Program-made: the position numbers and the translations under genes | From: a bacterium | Lineage (GTDB): Bacteria > Zhuqueibacterota > Zhuqueibacteria > Residuimicrobiales > Residuimicrobiaceae | Length of the DNA stretch: 59,206 nucleotides | Assembly (NCBI GenBank): GCA_036788095.1 | Contig: DAIQOA010000004.1 | Coordinates: 1 to 59,206 of the forward strand | Reading direction: 5' to 3' | Shown: piece by piece, positions 28,518 to 38,316 of the stretch | Position numbering within the stretch: position 1 is the first letter of the stretch | Layout of the letters: every line of letters starts with the position of its first letter | The notes under the pieces: model-generated | Told to the model about the DNA's origin: nothing | The model's database searches: none | Seen by the model: only the letters and a program-made list of their open reading frames with translations

Positions 28518-30869
28518 TCACTTGACAAGACTCTCCAGCCAGATCTCTCCGACCTCCCCCGCCCGCGGCTTGTACTTGACCTCCACGTTAGCCCTGCTCA
28601 ACGCCGCTAGTCGCAACTCTTCCGCCGAACAGACGATGCCGGTCGTCAAGCCGACTTGCGCCTGTTTTTTCATCTCCTCATCCACCTTGTTCAGCAGTGG
28701 ATGGGCACAGACCCGACTCATCTCGGTTAAAACCACGGCGCGCATACGCTGCTGGCTGCTCGCGGCAGGTTTTTGTGTAAACAGCCAGGTGACTGCCTTT
28801 TCAAGGATACGGCGAAAGGGACCGCGCGTCAGAGTGCAATCTTGGCGGACAAAAGCCAACACGGCAGCGCAGGTCCATTCCAACGCATCTTCACCCTCAC
28901 CCCAGCTGCCATCGGCCTTTTGACTTCGGGCGAGGCCAGCCAGGAAATTCTTCCGCGAAGAAGGCTGCTGAAAGGTATCCTCTCTAATCGCAAAAAACGT
29001 TGATGCGACCGAACGCTGTGAAAAGAGTTTCGCGTTGTTGCGGTAAATGGAATTAAACAATTTTCCTTCCGCTATAAAACCCCTCCTCTCCAAATCCCGC
29101 GGCAGCGGCACCGCCACCTGAAGCCGCTTCGCCGGCGCCGTTGAAACCACCTCCTCCTGCACGGCTATCAGGGAGGTGAAATCGGTGACCAGATGGTGTT
29201 CCACGGCCAGGCTGATAATTTCGTCCCGGTATTCCGACGAACGCTTGGGTTCGATATGGAGCTGGTCAAGTAGAGCATCGATGCGGGCTTTGGCCCAGAT
29301 GCGCAGAATCGCTTCATCGCGACCCTGGGCAGCAGACAGACGCAGGCTTCTCTCCCACTCTGCGCTGCCGCAACGGCCGGAAAGAATCAACCGGGCCTCG
29401 GCTGCAGGATGAAATTTGGCGCAGAGTTGCAGAGGCTGACCATAATAAAGATCCGGCAGCTTGGCAGGCAGCACATCCCAGGCGGTGGTCCCTTGCCAAC
29501 GCAGACGCAGATCGGTGAGCAAGGGATAGGAGAGGCGGTCGTGGAAACGGATGATCGCAGCTTCTATATCCTCATCAAGCTGGAGAAACTCGCCGGCGCC
29601 GCGGCCCAGCCGCGCCAGGCTGCTGAGAAAGGCACGGTTGACTGAGGGGCCGATGCCAAAGGTGAAAAGGCGAAAGTCGCGGATGCCCCGCCGAACTCGC
29701 TCCAGCACCTCCTTTTCGGCGGAGACAGCCCCATCGGTGAAAAAGACGATGTGGCGTTGGCGCTGGTCATCCACCGGCAGCTCGAGAGCGGCCTCCAAGG
29801 CCTCGCCGATCTCGGTGCCGCCGCGGGCAACGATCCGCCCAAGCCAACGATCCGCCCGCTCCAGGCTCTCCTGGCTGTAAGCTGCCGGGCTCCGGTCGAA
29901 CCACTCCAACGAGGTGTCGAACGCGAGCAGTAAAAATGTGTCCTGCGAGCGCAGGGTGCGCAATCCGGAAGAAAGGGCGTTGGCCGCCTGGTGCAGTGGC
30001 TCGCCCATCATGGATCCGGAACGGTCGAGGACAAAAACAAACTCACGCGGCGGCGCGTTCGCCTCAACCGGCTGGCTATTGGGCACCAGGGTCACCAGGG
30101 CGGTGGCAGCGCTGCCGTTGGCGGAAACCCACACCGGGCACTGCACCTCCTGATCCGTCAGCCGGTAGCGCAGGACAAAGTCGCGATCCGGGATTTGCTC
30201 GCCCGCCAGCTCGATCTCGCAGCGGCGCGCATCACGGCGAGTTACCTGCAACGAATGGGAGGGACTGAAAGGATCGTCCATGGCCTGGCCCGCATCGAGG
30301 TCGACGTGCAGGTGGACTCTGCCGATCTCCTCGCCCGGCAGGGCCAGGGGCGAATCGGTCGCCTCCGCCGACACTCGATCTTGATGATATTTGGGCGTAA
30401 TCCCCATGGGGAAAACCCACTCGTAGCTGTTCTCGATGAACGAGAGGGGCTGTTGATAGCGAATCACCGCCGTGATATCATCCCCGGGCTGGACGTTGGC
30501 CAGCAAAAGAGCTAAAAGATTGGGCCGCCGCTCTTCAAAAAGGCCGGCGTGTTTGCCGCTGTGCAGCGCCTGTTCATAGCGCTCTTGCGCCGCCTCTGTT
30601 GTTTGCACCTCCGCGGTCACTGTGGCCTCGCCGATGCGAAATTCAAAGTCGTGAATGGCGCCGTTCTCCGGCAGCGGAAAGAGGTACTCTAGTTCCAATG
30701 GGCGGTCAAACGGATTGTGGTAACTCTGGGTCACCGTCACCTCGGCCACTGGTCCGAAAATGCGCGCCGCCACCGCGGTATGGCGCAGCGGCAGGCTCGA
30801 GGCCTCGGGTTGCTTGGTCAGGAATAATCCTCCAAAAGGCCGCTCTTTCATTGCAAACGATTCGGGCAT
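28518..30869 (-). CDS. VIT + von Willebrand factor A domain protein
   Basis: VIT (VTVTQSYHN...EYLFPLPENGAIHDF), MIDAS DRSGSM...T...FTDG, GIG; C-terminal QKADGSW helical repeat; GGAGG SD before ATG 30869. Confidence 0.9.
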   Translation of the reverse strand: MPESFAMKERPFGGLFLTKQPEASSLPLRHTAVAARIFGPVAEVTVTQSYHNPFDRPLELEYLFPLPENGAIHDFEFRIGEATVTAEVQTTEAAQERYEQALHSGKHAGLFEERRPNLLALLLANVQPGDDITAVIRYQQPLSFIENSYEWVFPMGITPKYHQDRVSAEATDSPLALPGEEIGRVHLHVDLDAGQAMDDPFSPSHSLQVTRRDARRCEIELAGEQIPDRDFVLRYRLTDQEVQCPVWVSANGSAATALVTLVPNSQPVEANAPPREFVFVLDRSGSMMGEPLHQAANALSSGLRTLRSQDTFLLLAFDTSLEWFDRSPAAYSQESLERADRWLGRIVARGGTEIGEALEAALELPVDDQRQRHIVFFTDGAVSAEKEVLERVRRGIRDFRLFTFGIGPSVNRAFLSSLARLGRGAGEFLQLDEDIEAAIIRFHDRLSYPLLTDLRLRWQGTTAWDVLPAKLPDLYYGQPLQLCAKFHPAAEARLILSGRCGSAEWERSLRLSAAQGRDEAILRIWAKARIDALLDQLHIEPKRSSEYRDEIISLAVEHHLVTDFTSLIAVQEEVVSTAPAKRLQVAVPLPRDLERRGFIAEGKLFNSIYRNNAKLFSQRSVASTFFAIREDTFQQPSSRKNFLAGLARSQKADGSWGEGEDALEWTCAAVLAFVRQDCTLTRGPFRRILEKAVTWLFTQKPAASSQQRMRAVVLTEMSRVCAHPLLNKVDEEMKKQAQVGLTTGIVCSAEELRLAALSRANVEVKYKPRAGEVGEIWLESLVK

Positions 30870-30930
30870 AACACCCCTCCATTGCATATAATCAAATTCC
30901 CTGCCGTCCTCATGACAGCATGACAAACCT

Positions 30931-31347
30931 CTAATCCGCAAAGATGATTGCGGCCTCTTCGAGCAAGCGCAACACCTGCTTGCGCACCTCGGCCGTCGCG
31001 CGGGCGTCCACTATCAGCTCGACGCCGGGCGCCAGGGTATAACGCAACAGGTTCTGAGCCTGTCGGCGCACCGATTCGTTTTCTTGGCGTTGCGTCTGCG
31101 CGGCATGCAGTAGCTCCTCCAGCTGGGACATCGTTCGCTGCTGAAACTCGGCGCGGATTTCGTCCAGCCGCAATCCGCGCCGGCGCAGCACCGGAATGGC
31201 CGCGAGCCGGATCAGGTGCTCTGCAGAGTAGCGGGCTGCGAGACCGGCCCCAACAGGCGCCGGCAGCAGGCCCTGCTGCACATAAAAGTGGATTGTACGT
31301 CGCGGTACGCCGCTTCTCTCTATCAGTTCATTGATATCGATTTCCAT
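30931..31347 (-). CDS. MerR-family HTH transcriptional regulator
   Basis: INELIERSGVPRRTIHFYVQQGLLPAP...RYSAEHL...GLRLDEI. Confidence 0.9.
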   Translation of the reverse strand: MEIDINELIERSGVPRRTIHFYVQQGLLPAPVGAGLAARYSAEHLIRLAAIPVLRRRGLRLDEIRAEFQQRTMSQLEELLHAAQTQRQENESVRRQAQNLLRYTLAPGVELIVDARATAEVRKQVLRLLEEAAIIFAD

Positions 31348-31370
31348 ACTTTTTCCTTAATATTTACACT

Positions 31371-31401
31371 ATAATATATCACTGTTATATTTAAATGTCA
31401 A
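31371..31401 (-). promoter_or_regulatory. Promoter of merR-VIT/vWA operon with palindrome between -35 and -10
   Basis: TTGACA (31396-31401); TATATT at 17 bp or TATTAT at 19 bp; imperfect palindrome AATATAtCAcTGtTATATT at 31373-31391. Confidence 0.65.
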
Positions 31402-31575
31402 GATAAAAACATAGAATAATCAGTCACTCGACTGTAGACTATGCCGGAATATAAAACAGAGGCTTTTAATTTATAAATCAACTCAAATTTGTGGCCTGGC
31501 TCCCAAAGCTACAGCTTCCGCGCAGAGGACGATTCTTACGGCATTGGAGAAAGCATGGTCCATCATCACTCATCA

Positions 31576-31612
31576 TTGGTAATTTTACCATAGAGTATGG
31601 TATCATTACCAT
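31576..31612. promoter_or_regulatory. Doublet of ATGGTA-N4-TACCAT palindromes (21-bp period)
   Basis: TTGGTAATTTTACCAT at 31576 and ATGGTATCATTACCAT at 31597. Confidence 0.5.
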
Positions 31613-32146
31613 GCTGGTATCGGATAGATGAAGCCTCCTAGTCCGGTCAGCGGTTATAAGTTTAAATATTTTAAAACAGAGCGCCCTATCAGCAATGACG
31701 GCTTTTACTATTATCCTTGGCATTTGTTTTGCAAAAAGGATCGTATGCCATTCAGGACCGGTTTGTCGGTCAGCTGTTCCGGACCAGGATAGGTCGATAG
31801 TATACATATCGCCATCACGTTTGCAAAAGCCGCTATCTTTTCGATATACAAGTCTTGGTTGGTACAGATACTCTTCCAAAAAGTAGCGGTAGAGTTTCTG
31901 GGGTGGAGTGAATTAAATCTCACCCAAAGCAGCATCTCGCGGCTTAAAAGTTCTGTGCACCGTTAGGTTGCCATCATGGTGACTGGTGGCTCATCGCATA
32001 CTTTGCGTAGAACGCTTTAGCCGCTCCAATATTCAACACTGTTTTAATTATTTGTACGACATTCCGGTTTTTTTATAGGCCGTCCTAAAAAGTGGTGAAT
32101 GCGTGGAGTGCCGTTTTTCTGTTAATTAAAAGAAAGGAGCCGTACC

Positions 32147-32626
32147 ATGGGACCACAGATACCTGCAAACTTGATTGCCAATAAAACCCTTGGCAAGGGA
32201 AAAGCAACTATCAAAATACCCAGCAGATCTGATAGCACCCATTCCGGAGCTTTCAATGTCTCGATTAACGTTCATTTCGATCCTGTCGTCGATCCCTATC
32301 CTGCCGGCACGGTAAAAATCACCATTGATCTGTCCGATTCATTCTGCGGGGTTCTCACCTCAACCATGCTTTTCCACCTCAGCTCCACAGGCAAACACAC
32401 ACCGACCATGTATCTGTCGGGCCGATGCACGTTGACATCAACCACTCCTAGGCCTCTTACACACAAGTGTCAGTTTTGGCTTTCCGTGGCCAATAACAAG
32501 CGTACAAGAGATTTAATCAATTCGGATATTGTCAGCTTTTTGGTAGTAGATAAAAGCGGCACCCGCGTTGCTTATGGTACGGGACCCATTATCCAAGGAA
32601 CCGTTCATGTTCAAGCCTTTTGCTGA
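32147..32626 (+). CDS. Hypothetical beta-rich protein (159 aa)
   Basis: AAGGAG SD; natural composition (GKHTPT, DIVSF...RVAYGTGP); function not recognised. Confidence 0.75.
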   Translation: MGPQIPANLIANKTLGKGKATIKIPSRSDSTHSGAFNVSINVHFDPVVDPYPAGTVKITIDLSDSFCGVLTSTMLFHLSSTGKHTPTMYLSGRCTLTSTTPRPLTHKCQFWLSVANNKRTRDLINSDIVSFLVVDKSGTRVAYGTGPIIQGTVHVQAFC

Positions 32627-32770
32627 GCGTTGAATATAAATTCCCGACCAAATTAAAAGCAGAAGTAACCTACGTTCGTTCCCAAGGGCCGTTGCACACT
32701 CGCCTTATCTGGTTGGCTTCAAACAACTGCTGCTGTTGGAATAGCGGGCGATTTTTAAGAGGACGGTATT

Positions 32771-33487
32771 ATGCCGACGGGAGACGATTTGATTCGTCTA
32801 GCCGAAACCAGATTGGGTGAAAAATATTGCAGCGTGCGTGTTCCTAAAAACAATTCAAACTGGCATGGTCCCTGGGATTGCGCCGAGTTTGCGTCCTGGC
32901 TGGTTTTTCAGGTAATGGGTGAGCTTTACGGTTGTATCGATAACGCGGTGGATCCCGCCGTGGCGGAGGCTCATTCCGGCGCCTGGGCTAGAGACGTCGA
33001 GGAAAATCGTTTAATCCGCTCTAACCCGGTCGAAGCGAATCATTATCCCGGAATGGTGCTGGTTCGCAAGCCCCCATTACCTGGTTTCATGGGGCATATT
33101 GCTATAACCGATGGCTATGGCAAAACGATCGAAGCAGCCGGCAAGGTTTTGGGGGTTCGTCGCTGCTCCGTCGAGGGGCGACATTGGGATTATGCCGCCA
33201 GGATTCCCGGTCTGTTGTATACATCAACCGGCCATATCGAGGCGGTCCGGCCTTTGCCTCTACTGCTTAAATGGACGAGCCCACCGATGGCCGGCTCTTT
33301 AGTGCTCAAAGTCCAAGAGGCTCTTTCTCGAGCGGGCATGGATCCCGGCGCACTGAATGGGGAGTATGGACCTCATACGCTTGCGGCGGTGTACGCTTTT
33401 CAGAGCATGAACGCACTGGTCCCAGATGGGATGGTCGGTCCTAAAACCGCAAAAAAACTGGGCATCGAGTGGCCAGGGACTTGCTGA
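32771..33487 (+). CDS. NlpC/P60-CHAP-like peptidoglycan hydrolase with C-terminal PG_binding_1 domain
   Basis: WDCAEF (Cys) and GHIAI (His) catalytic pair; VQEAL...G.YGPHT..AV..FQ...L..DG.VGPKT binding domain. Confidence 0.8.
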   Translation: MPTGDDLIRLAETRLGEKYCSVRVPKNNSNWHGPWDCAEFASWLVFQVMGELYGCIDNAVDPAVAEAHSGAWARDVEENRLIRSNPVEANHYPGMVLVRKPPLPGFMGHIAITDGYGKTIEAAGKVLGVRRCSVEGRHWDYAARIPGLLYTSTGHIEAVRPLPLLLKWTSPPMAGSLVLKVQEALSRAGMDPGALNGEYGPHTLAAVYAFQSMNALVPDGMVGPKTAKKLGIEWPGTC

Positions 33488-33590
33488 GGCGACAGATTTT
33501 CAGCAGGGGGGATTTTTTTTTGAATCAATAGCGGTGCTTGCCGATAGGCTCGCTCCATGAAAAAACGACGACAAGCATGGCGCCCTTCGC

Positions 33591-34346
33591 TCAAGAGATG
33601 GTTCCCATATTCTTACAATAAGCGACATACCATTCCGAAAAGGGATGATCTGTTGCCGGAAAATTAACCGCGACATGTGGGGCATTCTCGAAAAACTCCC
33701 ACAATCGAACGATTTTTCCTTTTTGTCTCTGCTCAAGTCCCCATTGAGCGGCTTTCGCGCTTGCCGCATAGAAGAGCGCCTTCTCTGTTTCGGCAGCCTC
33801 TCCATTCTGGTGCTCAACAAAAAAAAACTTTTCCATAATTGGTGAATTCTGATAGGCGAGACGGGTTTGCAAATTTCCGGACAATACGACCAAAACACGT
33901 CCGACTAGGTCGCAAACCCTGATCTCATCTTCTTTGAATCCGTTTGCCGAGTATAGCGCACCCGCAAAAATGTTCTTAACCAGATTTTCAAGATCTTGTA
34001 AAGTCGACCTATTCGTATTTCGCAGATCACTTCTAACATCCAATCCAAGTACAACCGGGACATGACGGCTGTGCCTCATGGACCACTTTGCAATCGTCTT
34101 AAGCCAAGAGTCTAGATCAATGGATGAAGGATTGCTAAAACTTTGATCGACTTCATGACCAGCCTTCATGTGGCCTACAAGAAAATTTCTATTTCCGGCA
34201 TGAATATCTATTTCAAGAAAACGAATGCCTGCGTCCAGCTGCTCAAAAAGTGTTTTTCTCGAACCGCCGATGCCGCCGGAATAGGAATTGTGCGTCGCCA
34301 TAAAATAGGCGTCTTTAAACAAAATTTCACATGGGTTGTTTGTCAT
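33591..34346 (-). CDS. PI-PLC X-domain phosphodiesterase-like protein
   Basis: ATHNSY, EQLDAGIRFLEIDIH, VGH motifs. Confidence 0.75.
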   Translation of the reverse strand: MTNNPCEILFKDAYFMATHNSYSGGIGGSRKTLFEQLDAGIRFLEIDIHAGNRNFLVGHMKAGHEVDQSFSNPSSIDLDSWLKTIAKWSMRHSRHVPVVLGLDVRSDLRNTNRSTLQDLENLVKNIFAGALYSANGFKEDEIRVCDLVGRVLVVLSGNLQTRLAYQNSPIMEKFFFVEHQNGEAAETEKALFYAASAKAAQWGLEQRQKGKIVRLWEFFENAPHVAVNFPATDHPFSEWYVAYCKNMGTIS

Positions 34347-34435
34347 CGTCCTGATTTGTTTAATGACGTCCCTTCATCGCCGCTGACACGTGTTTTAGCG
34401 GCGACCGCCCCTACCAAGTTCAGCGCATTCGCTTT

Positions 34436-36118
34436 CTATTCAAGTAGGGATTTTCCATCAAGGCCCGTATAACCAACGCGAAAGAGGTCAAGGATAGTCG
34501 GAGTCAGATCAACATTTCGGGCTTTTTCGAGGACATGGTTATTTACGGCAAAGTGTTGATCGATCAGATCTGGATTAAAAGGACTGGCAATGATGAGTGG
34601 GACCAGCATATCGCTTCTTGCAAAACTGCCATGAGTGGAATTGGTTGCCTCCTTGCTTTCAAATCGGAATCCTTCCAAATATCTGGGGATTAAGATGATA
34701 TCGCCGCTATTCCCACAGGTCATCTCATCTAGTAATGTCTTCATCGGCAAATACTCCGCACCCTGGGATACATCCTCTGCAATGGGCTCGCCCGGAGAAT
34801 AGGCGCCACGGCGTAAATAATGAATCTGATAATTGTTTTGCTGATAATCGTGATATAATATGGCATCGATGCCTTGTAAAAGCCGATTGCCGATCCCAGA
34901 ACGATCCTCTTTTTCATTTTGGCTTTGTTGTTGAACCTTCGCACATAATAAATGCAATAAGCTTTTCACATGACTTGCATCGGGCGGTTGACGCCAAGAA
35001 TAATTTTCAGACAATCCCTTACGAAGAAAAATATGCATCAGGCCGGCAGTGTCTTTGATCAGGCAAGTGTTATCATCGACCGGAGATCTAAAAAGGTCGC
35101 TCTTTGGATCTCGGGCATCGACCCCGCAAGCCGACAGGACATCCGCAATCTTTCCGACTTTGATGTATTTTTTTTCCGTATCGGCTATCCCGGTATGGCC
35201 ATGATCGGAGCAAATGATGAACAGGGTCTGCTTCAAGTCCATGACATCGTTTTTGGATTTGAGCGTGGATAAAAGTCGTCCCAAACATCTATCCACGTGA
35301 TCTATCAAGTACCTCTCCTGTTCTTGCGCGGTTGAATGTTGATGAGCAAAATGATCGTTGCCCGCAAAGTAGAGCGTCAGCAGATTGGGCGATTTATCGA
35401 TATGATCGATTTTCCGAACATACTCGTTTGCTTTGTCCATCATGGCGTCGTCAAACAAGGGCTTTTCCGGGAATAACTTCGCTATGATGCAGTCTTGATA
35501 TTCGTCCAAATTTTCTGTTTGGCTGAGAATCATTTCATCGACGTCTGGTTTAATCCAGTCGATCGGTTTCGCACCATCGTTTTTATTCGGAGAATTGATA
35601 AGATTTTCATTTTGTGTTGAAAAAAATTGGAAAACGATCGCACTTTTCAAGCGCTGTTCCGCCAGATGGTCATAGATGGTTTTCGTACCCCGTCGTAACA
35701 TTTGATTTGCACTGCCAATCCCATCATAAAATCGAACCGCATCTAAAGAAGTAAAATTTTTCTCGCCGTTCTTGGCGGCAAGACTGCCGCCCTGGCGATC
35801 GAAAAAAAAATTGGCTGTTATGCCATGATGTCGAGGATACAGTCCGGTGAAAAGAGAGGCCTGACAAGGATGCGTATAAGAGGGAGAGACGGTAATGCAT
35901 TCATTAACCACCACCGCGGCAGCCTTTATTATTTCGCAGGGGAAAAAGAGATCCTCCAAGCTTGGAGCGCTGTAATCCTTAAAATGGATTTCACCAAAAA
36001 GTTGGTGAAGATGGGGTGCGAGGGACTCGTTCCCCTTGGCCAGGACATGATAGAGGACGTCGCGACGCAATCCATCGACATCGATAAGAATAACCGTTTT
36101 AACCCGTCGATCGCTCAT
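34436..36118 (-). CDS. Alkaline-phosphatase superfamily nucleotide pyrophosphatase/phosphodiesterase
   Basis: LIDVDGLR, PSYT...SLFTG..P..HGI..N, DH..H, SDHG, THG metal/nucleophile motifs; start at MSDRRVKTV. Confidence 0.85.
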   Translation of the reverse strand: MSDRRVKTVILIDVDGLRRDVLYHVLAKGNESLAPHLHQLFGEIHFKDYSAPSLEDLFFPCEIIKAAAVVVNECITVSPSYTHPCQASLFTGLYPRHHGITANFFFDRQGGSLAAKNGEKNFTSLDAVRFYDGIGSANQMLRRGTKTIYDHLAEQRLKSAIVFQFFSTQNENLINSPNKNDGAKPIDWIKPDVDEMILSQTENLDEYQDCIIAKLFPEKPLFDDAMMDKANEYVRKIDHIDKSPNLLTLYFAGNDHFAHQHSTAQEQERYLIDHVDRCLGRLLSTLKSKNDVMDLKQTLFIICSDHGHTGIADTEKKYIKVGKIADVLSACGVDARDPKSDLFRSPVDDNTCLIKDTAGLMHIFLRKGLSENYSWRQPPDASHVKSLLHLLCAKVQQQSQNEKEDRSGIGNRLLQGIDAILYHDYQQNNYQIHYLRRGAYSPGEPIAEDVSQGAEYLPMKTLLDEMTCGNSGDIILIPRYLEGFRFESKEATNSTHGSFARSDMLVPLIIASPFNPDLIDQHFAVNNHVLEKARNVDLTPTILDLFRVGYTGLDGKSLLE

Positions 36119-36346
36119 TGACGAATCCTTTCGACGAAACGAGGAAAAGCCGCGACGAAGCACACGTCCGCCAGAGAGTTTTCACCCACGCTATCGGCAA
36201 GTCGCATCACCCGCTGTTGCCGTCGTTGAGAAAAAGACTAGGCAACGACCGAACTTTCCGGGAATCGTTGGCCTTTTTCTCCCTGGTTCCTTATAAAAGC
36301 ATGCGTAATCGGACTGCCGGAAAACGCACAACGCCTATCAAAATCT

Positions 36347-36604
36347 TTAGGCCCTTGGCAGTTGCTGATTTAAAATTTGTTGAATACGTTCGACTTTTAG
36401 AACCATATCCGTGCAGTCACCTTCGATTTCAACCATCCTACGGCAGAAAAACTCCAGTTCATAGTCCGGTTCCCACAGATGGCGTTCTTTATATTGAAGC
36501 AGATAATCACCGGTTCGAGTCTGAAGAAAATAATCAGGCCCTTCACTTTTTGTGCCAACCCGGCCGTGCTTGATAAAAAGCAACCCTTTAAAATTCCTGT
36601 TCAT
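36347..36604 (-). CDS. Small hypothetical protein (85 aa)
   Basis: Compact beta-rich sequence (GTKSEGPDYFLQT); co-oriented with neighbours. Confidence 0.6.
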   Translation of the reverse strand: MNRNFKGLLFIKHGRVGTKSEGPDYFLQTRTGDYLLQYKERHLWEPDYELEFFCRRMVEIEGDCTDMVLKVERIQQILNQQLPRA

Positions 36605-36714
36605 TTTTCCACTCCTTGATCGGCTTCAGACAACCGATTCTAATGACTCCCCGCCATCTGAAGAGGCGGCTTTCTCCACTCCCCAACATTCCAGATTTTT
36701 GCTCAGCGGACACG

Positions 36715-38268
36715 CTAGCGTCGATCATAGGCTTCGGAGAAAAACTTGAAAATATGGGAAAATCGGGTGCGCCAGAAATCGGGGTGATGTCCTCCTCGCC
36801 CATTATGGTCTGCGCCTGGGATGATGCCGCCCTCAGTATACAAGTTTTTAGCTTGAAGCAATGCGATGATATCAAGGGTGGCCTGTTTGGTTCCGGAAAG
36901 GACAAATTCCAATATGTCGTTTTCGCCAATCTCCAGGAAAAAATCCGGGGCCCCGCCATCTGAATTCATCGGCATTTGTTTGGCCAGACAAAGTGGATTG
37001 TTTGCGGCGAGGCTGTCCCTATCTAATATGACCCGATTCCGAACCTCTATCATACTCGCCTCATTCTTAAGGGGAGCAGAACCGAAAACATCAATAAATT
37101 CAGGCGCATAACGATTAAACAGATACAGCTGTACAGAGTTGGTGCGCATATCGAGGGGCCCAGCTAATTCAGCGGCAGCAGCAAAGCTCCCGGGGTCACG
37201 AAGGGCAAGCTTCATGGCGCCGAATCCGCCCATGGAAACGCCCATTATAAACTGCCGCTTGGGCAATGGAGCCAGTTTTTCTTCGCCGATCAGAGTCGTT
37301 ATTTCTTCGGGAAGATCATTCATGATATACTTTTCGTGCCAACCCGTAACGAAAAGATCCAAACGGTTTTCGGGATTCTCCCCCCCATTTCGAGGAAATA
37401 TCGATTCTCGGCCGATGCCCTGTGGATTGCGTCTTTCAGGAGGACCCAGCCGATTTGAATACCAGCTGTTGTCCGCGGCCGGCATGACGATGATCATATC
37501 GTGCAAAGTTTCCAGCCAGTTGGGGGGATCGTGCGGCATATACGCCATGATGGCTTGGACGATCTCCGGGATTCTATCGATATCCGGCGCTCCCGCTACT
37601 TCTCGAAGTCGAGGGCCAATTTTATCTAGAAACTCGTCCGGAGTTGAACATTCCATTAGAGTGTAGGCAATGATCGGAAGATAAAGACCGGGCAGGTCAG
37701 CGGCAAACAACCACGAGTTCTCATCATAATTTGCCAATGTGCTAAAACCCAAATCATCCCCCAATTGCCCCATTTCTGTTCTCAGGCCATTGCGCTTGCC
37801 ATTGTATCCGTGTAAAGCATACACAACAGGGAATCTGGCCCCATCGACATGAAAAGAAGGTGGATACATTATCCAATACGGCCGGATAATATCGCTCCCA
37901 GCTGTTTCGCTTAACGACGCACTTTTAAAACGATGGTATTCCAGATAGCGGGGCATGGGTATAAAATCGTAAACACTTTCGCCGCAATTCCCCCAGGCTC
38001 GGCAAATTTTGATCTTACCTCGCTCAATTCCAGCGGGGACCTCGATCAGCAACTCGGTACTCGTCGCTGATAAAACTTGCGCGGCATGCCCGGCTATGGT
38101 GACCTGGTTGCCATCAAGGGCTGCGGAAAAACCCGTCCCTTTGACCAGCACTTCGGTCCCCGCAGGCCCTCCAGGCGGATGAAAAGATTGAATTCTGATA
38201 CAGCCCGCCATCATGAGGAGAATCACCACGCACAAAATACTGGTCAAAGAACGTGAAGTCATTCTCAT
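36715..38268 (-). CDS. Lipoprotein with IPT/TIG domain and alpha/beta-hydrolase (esterase) domain
   Basis: Lipobox MAGC; IPT/TIG (GPAGTEVLVKGTGFS...VTIAG); PVVYALHG, GVSMGG nucleophile elbow, C-terminal Asp/His; GGAGG SD. Confidence 0.8.
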   Translation of the reverse strand: MRMTSRSLTSILCVVILLMMAGCIRIQSFHPPGGPAGTEVLVKGTGFSAALDGNQVTIAGHAAQVLSATSTELLIEVPAGIERGKIKICRAWGNCGESVYDFIPMPRYLEYHRFKSASLSETAGSDIIRPYWIMYPPSFHVDGARFPVVYALHGYNGKRNGLRTEMGQLGDDLGFSTLANYDENSWLFAADLPGLYLPIIAYTLMECSTPDEFLDKIGPRLREVAGAPDIDRIPEIVQAIMAYMPHDPPNWLETLHDMIIVMPAADNSWYSNRLGPPERRNPQGIGRESIFPRNGGENPENRLDLFVTGWHEKYIMNDLPEEITTLIGEEKLAPLPKRQFIMGVSMGGFGAMKLALRDPGSFAAAAELAGPLDMRTNSVQLYLFNRYAPEFIDVFGSAPLKNEASMIEVRNRVILDRDSLAANNPLCLAKQMPMNSDGGAPDFFLEIGENDILEFVLSGTKQATLDIIALLQAKNLYTEGGIIPGADHNGRGGHHPDFWRTRFSHIFKFFSEAYDRR

Positions 38269-38316
38269 CAAACACCTCCCTTATCAATGAAAGCTCGCCC
38301 TGAGTCGCCCCTTCAT

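Noticed and set aside
31478-31935. ORFs 31478..31879, 31695..31886 and 31711..31935
   Set aside because: No SD or recognisable domain; they overlap the palindrome doublet. A gene remnant is possible but not supportable.
36588-36963. ORFs 36588..36959 (-) and 36616..36963 (+)
   Set aside because: They overlap the esterase lipoprotein 3' end and the 85-aa gene; no motif.
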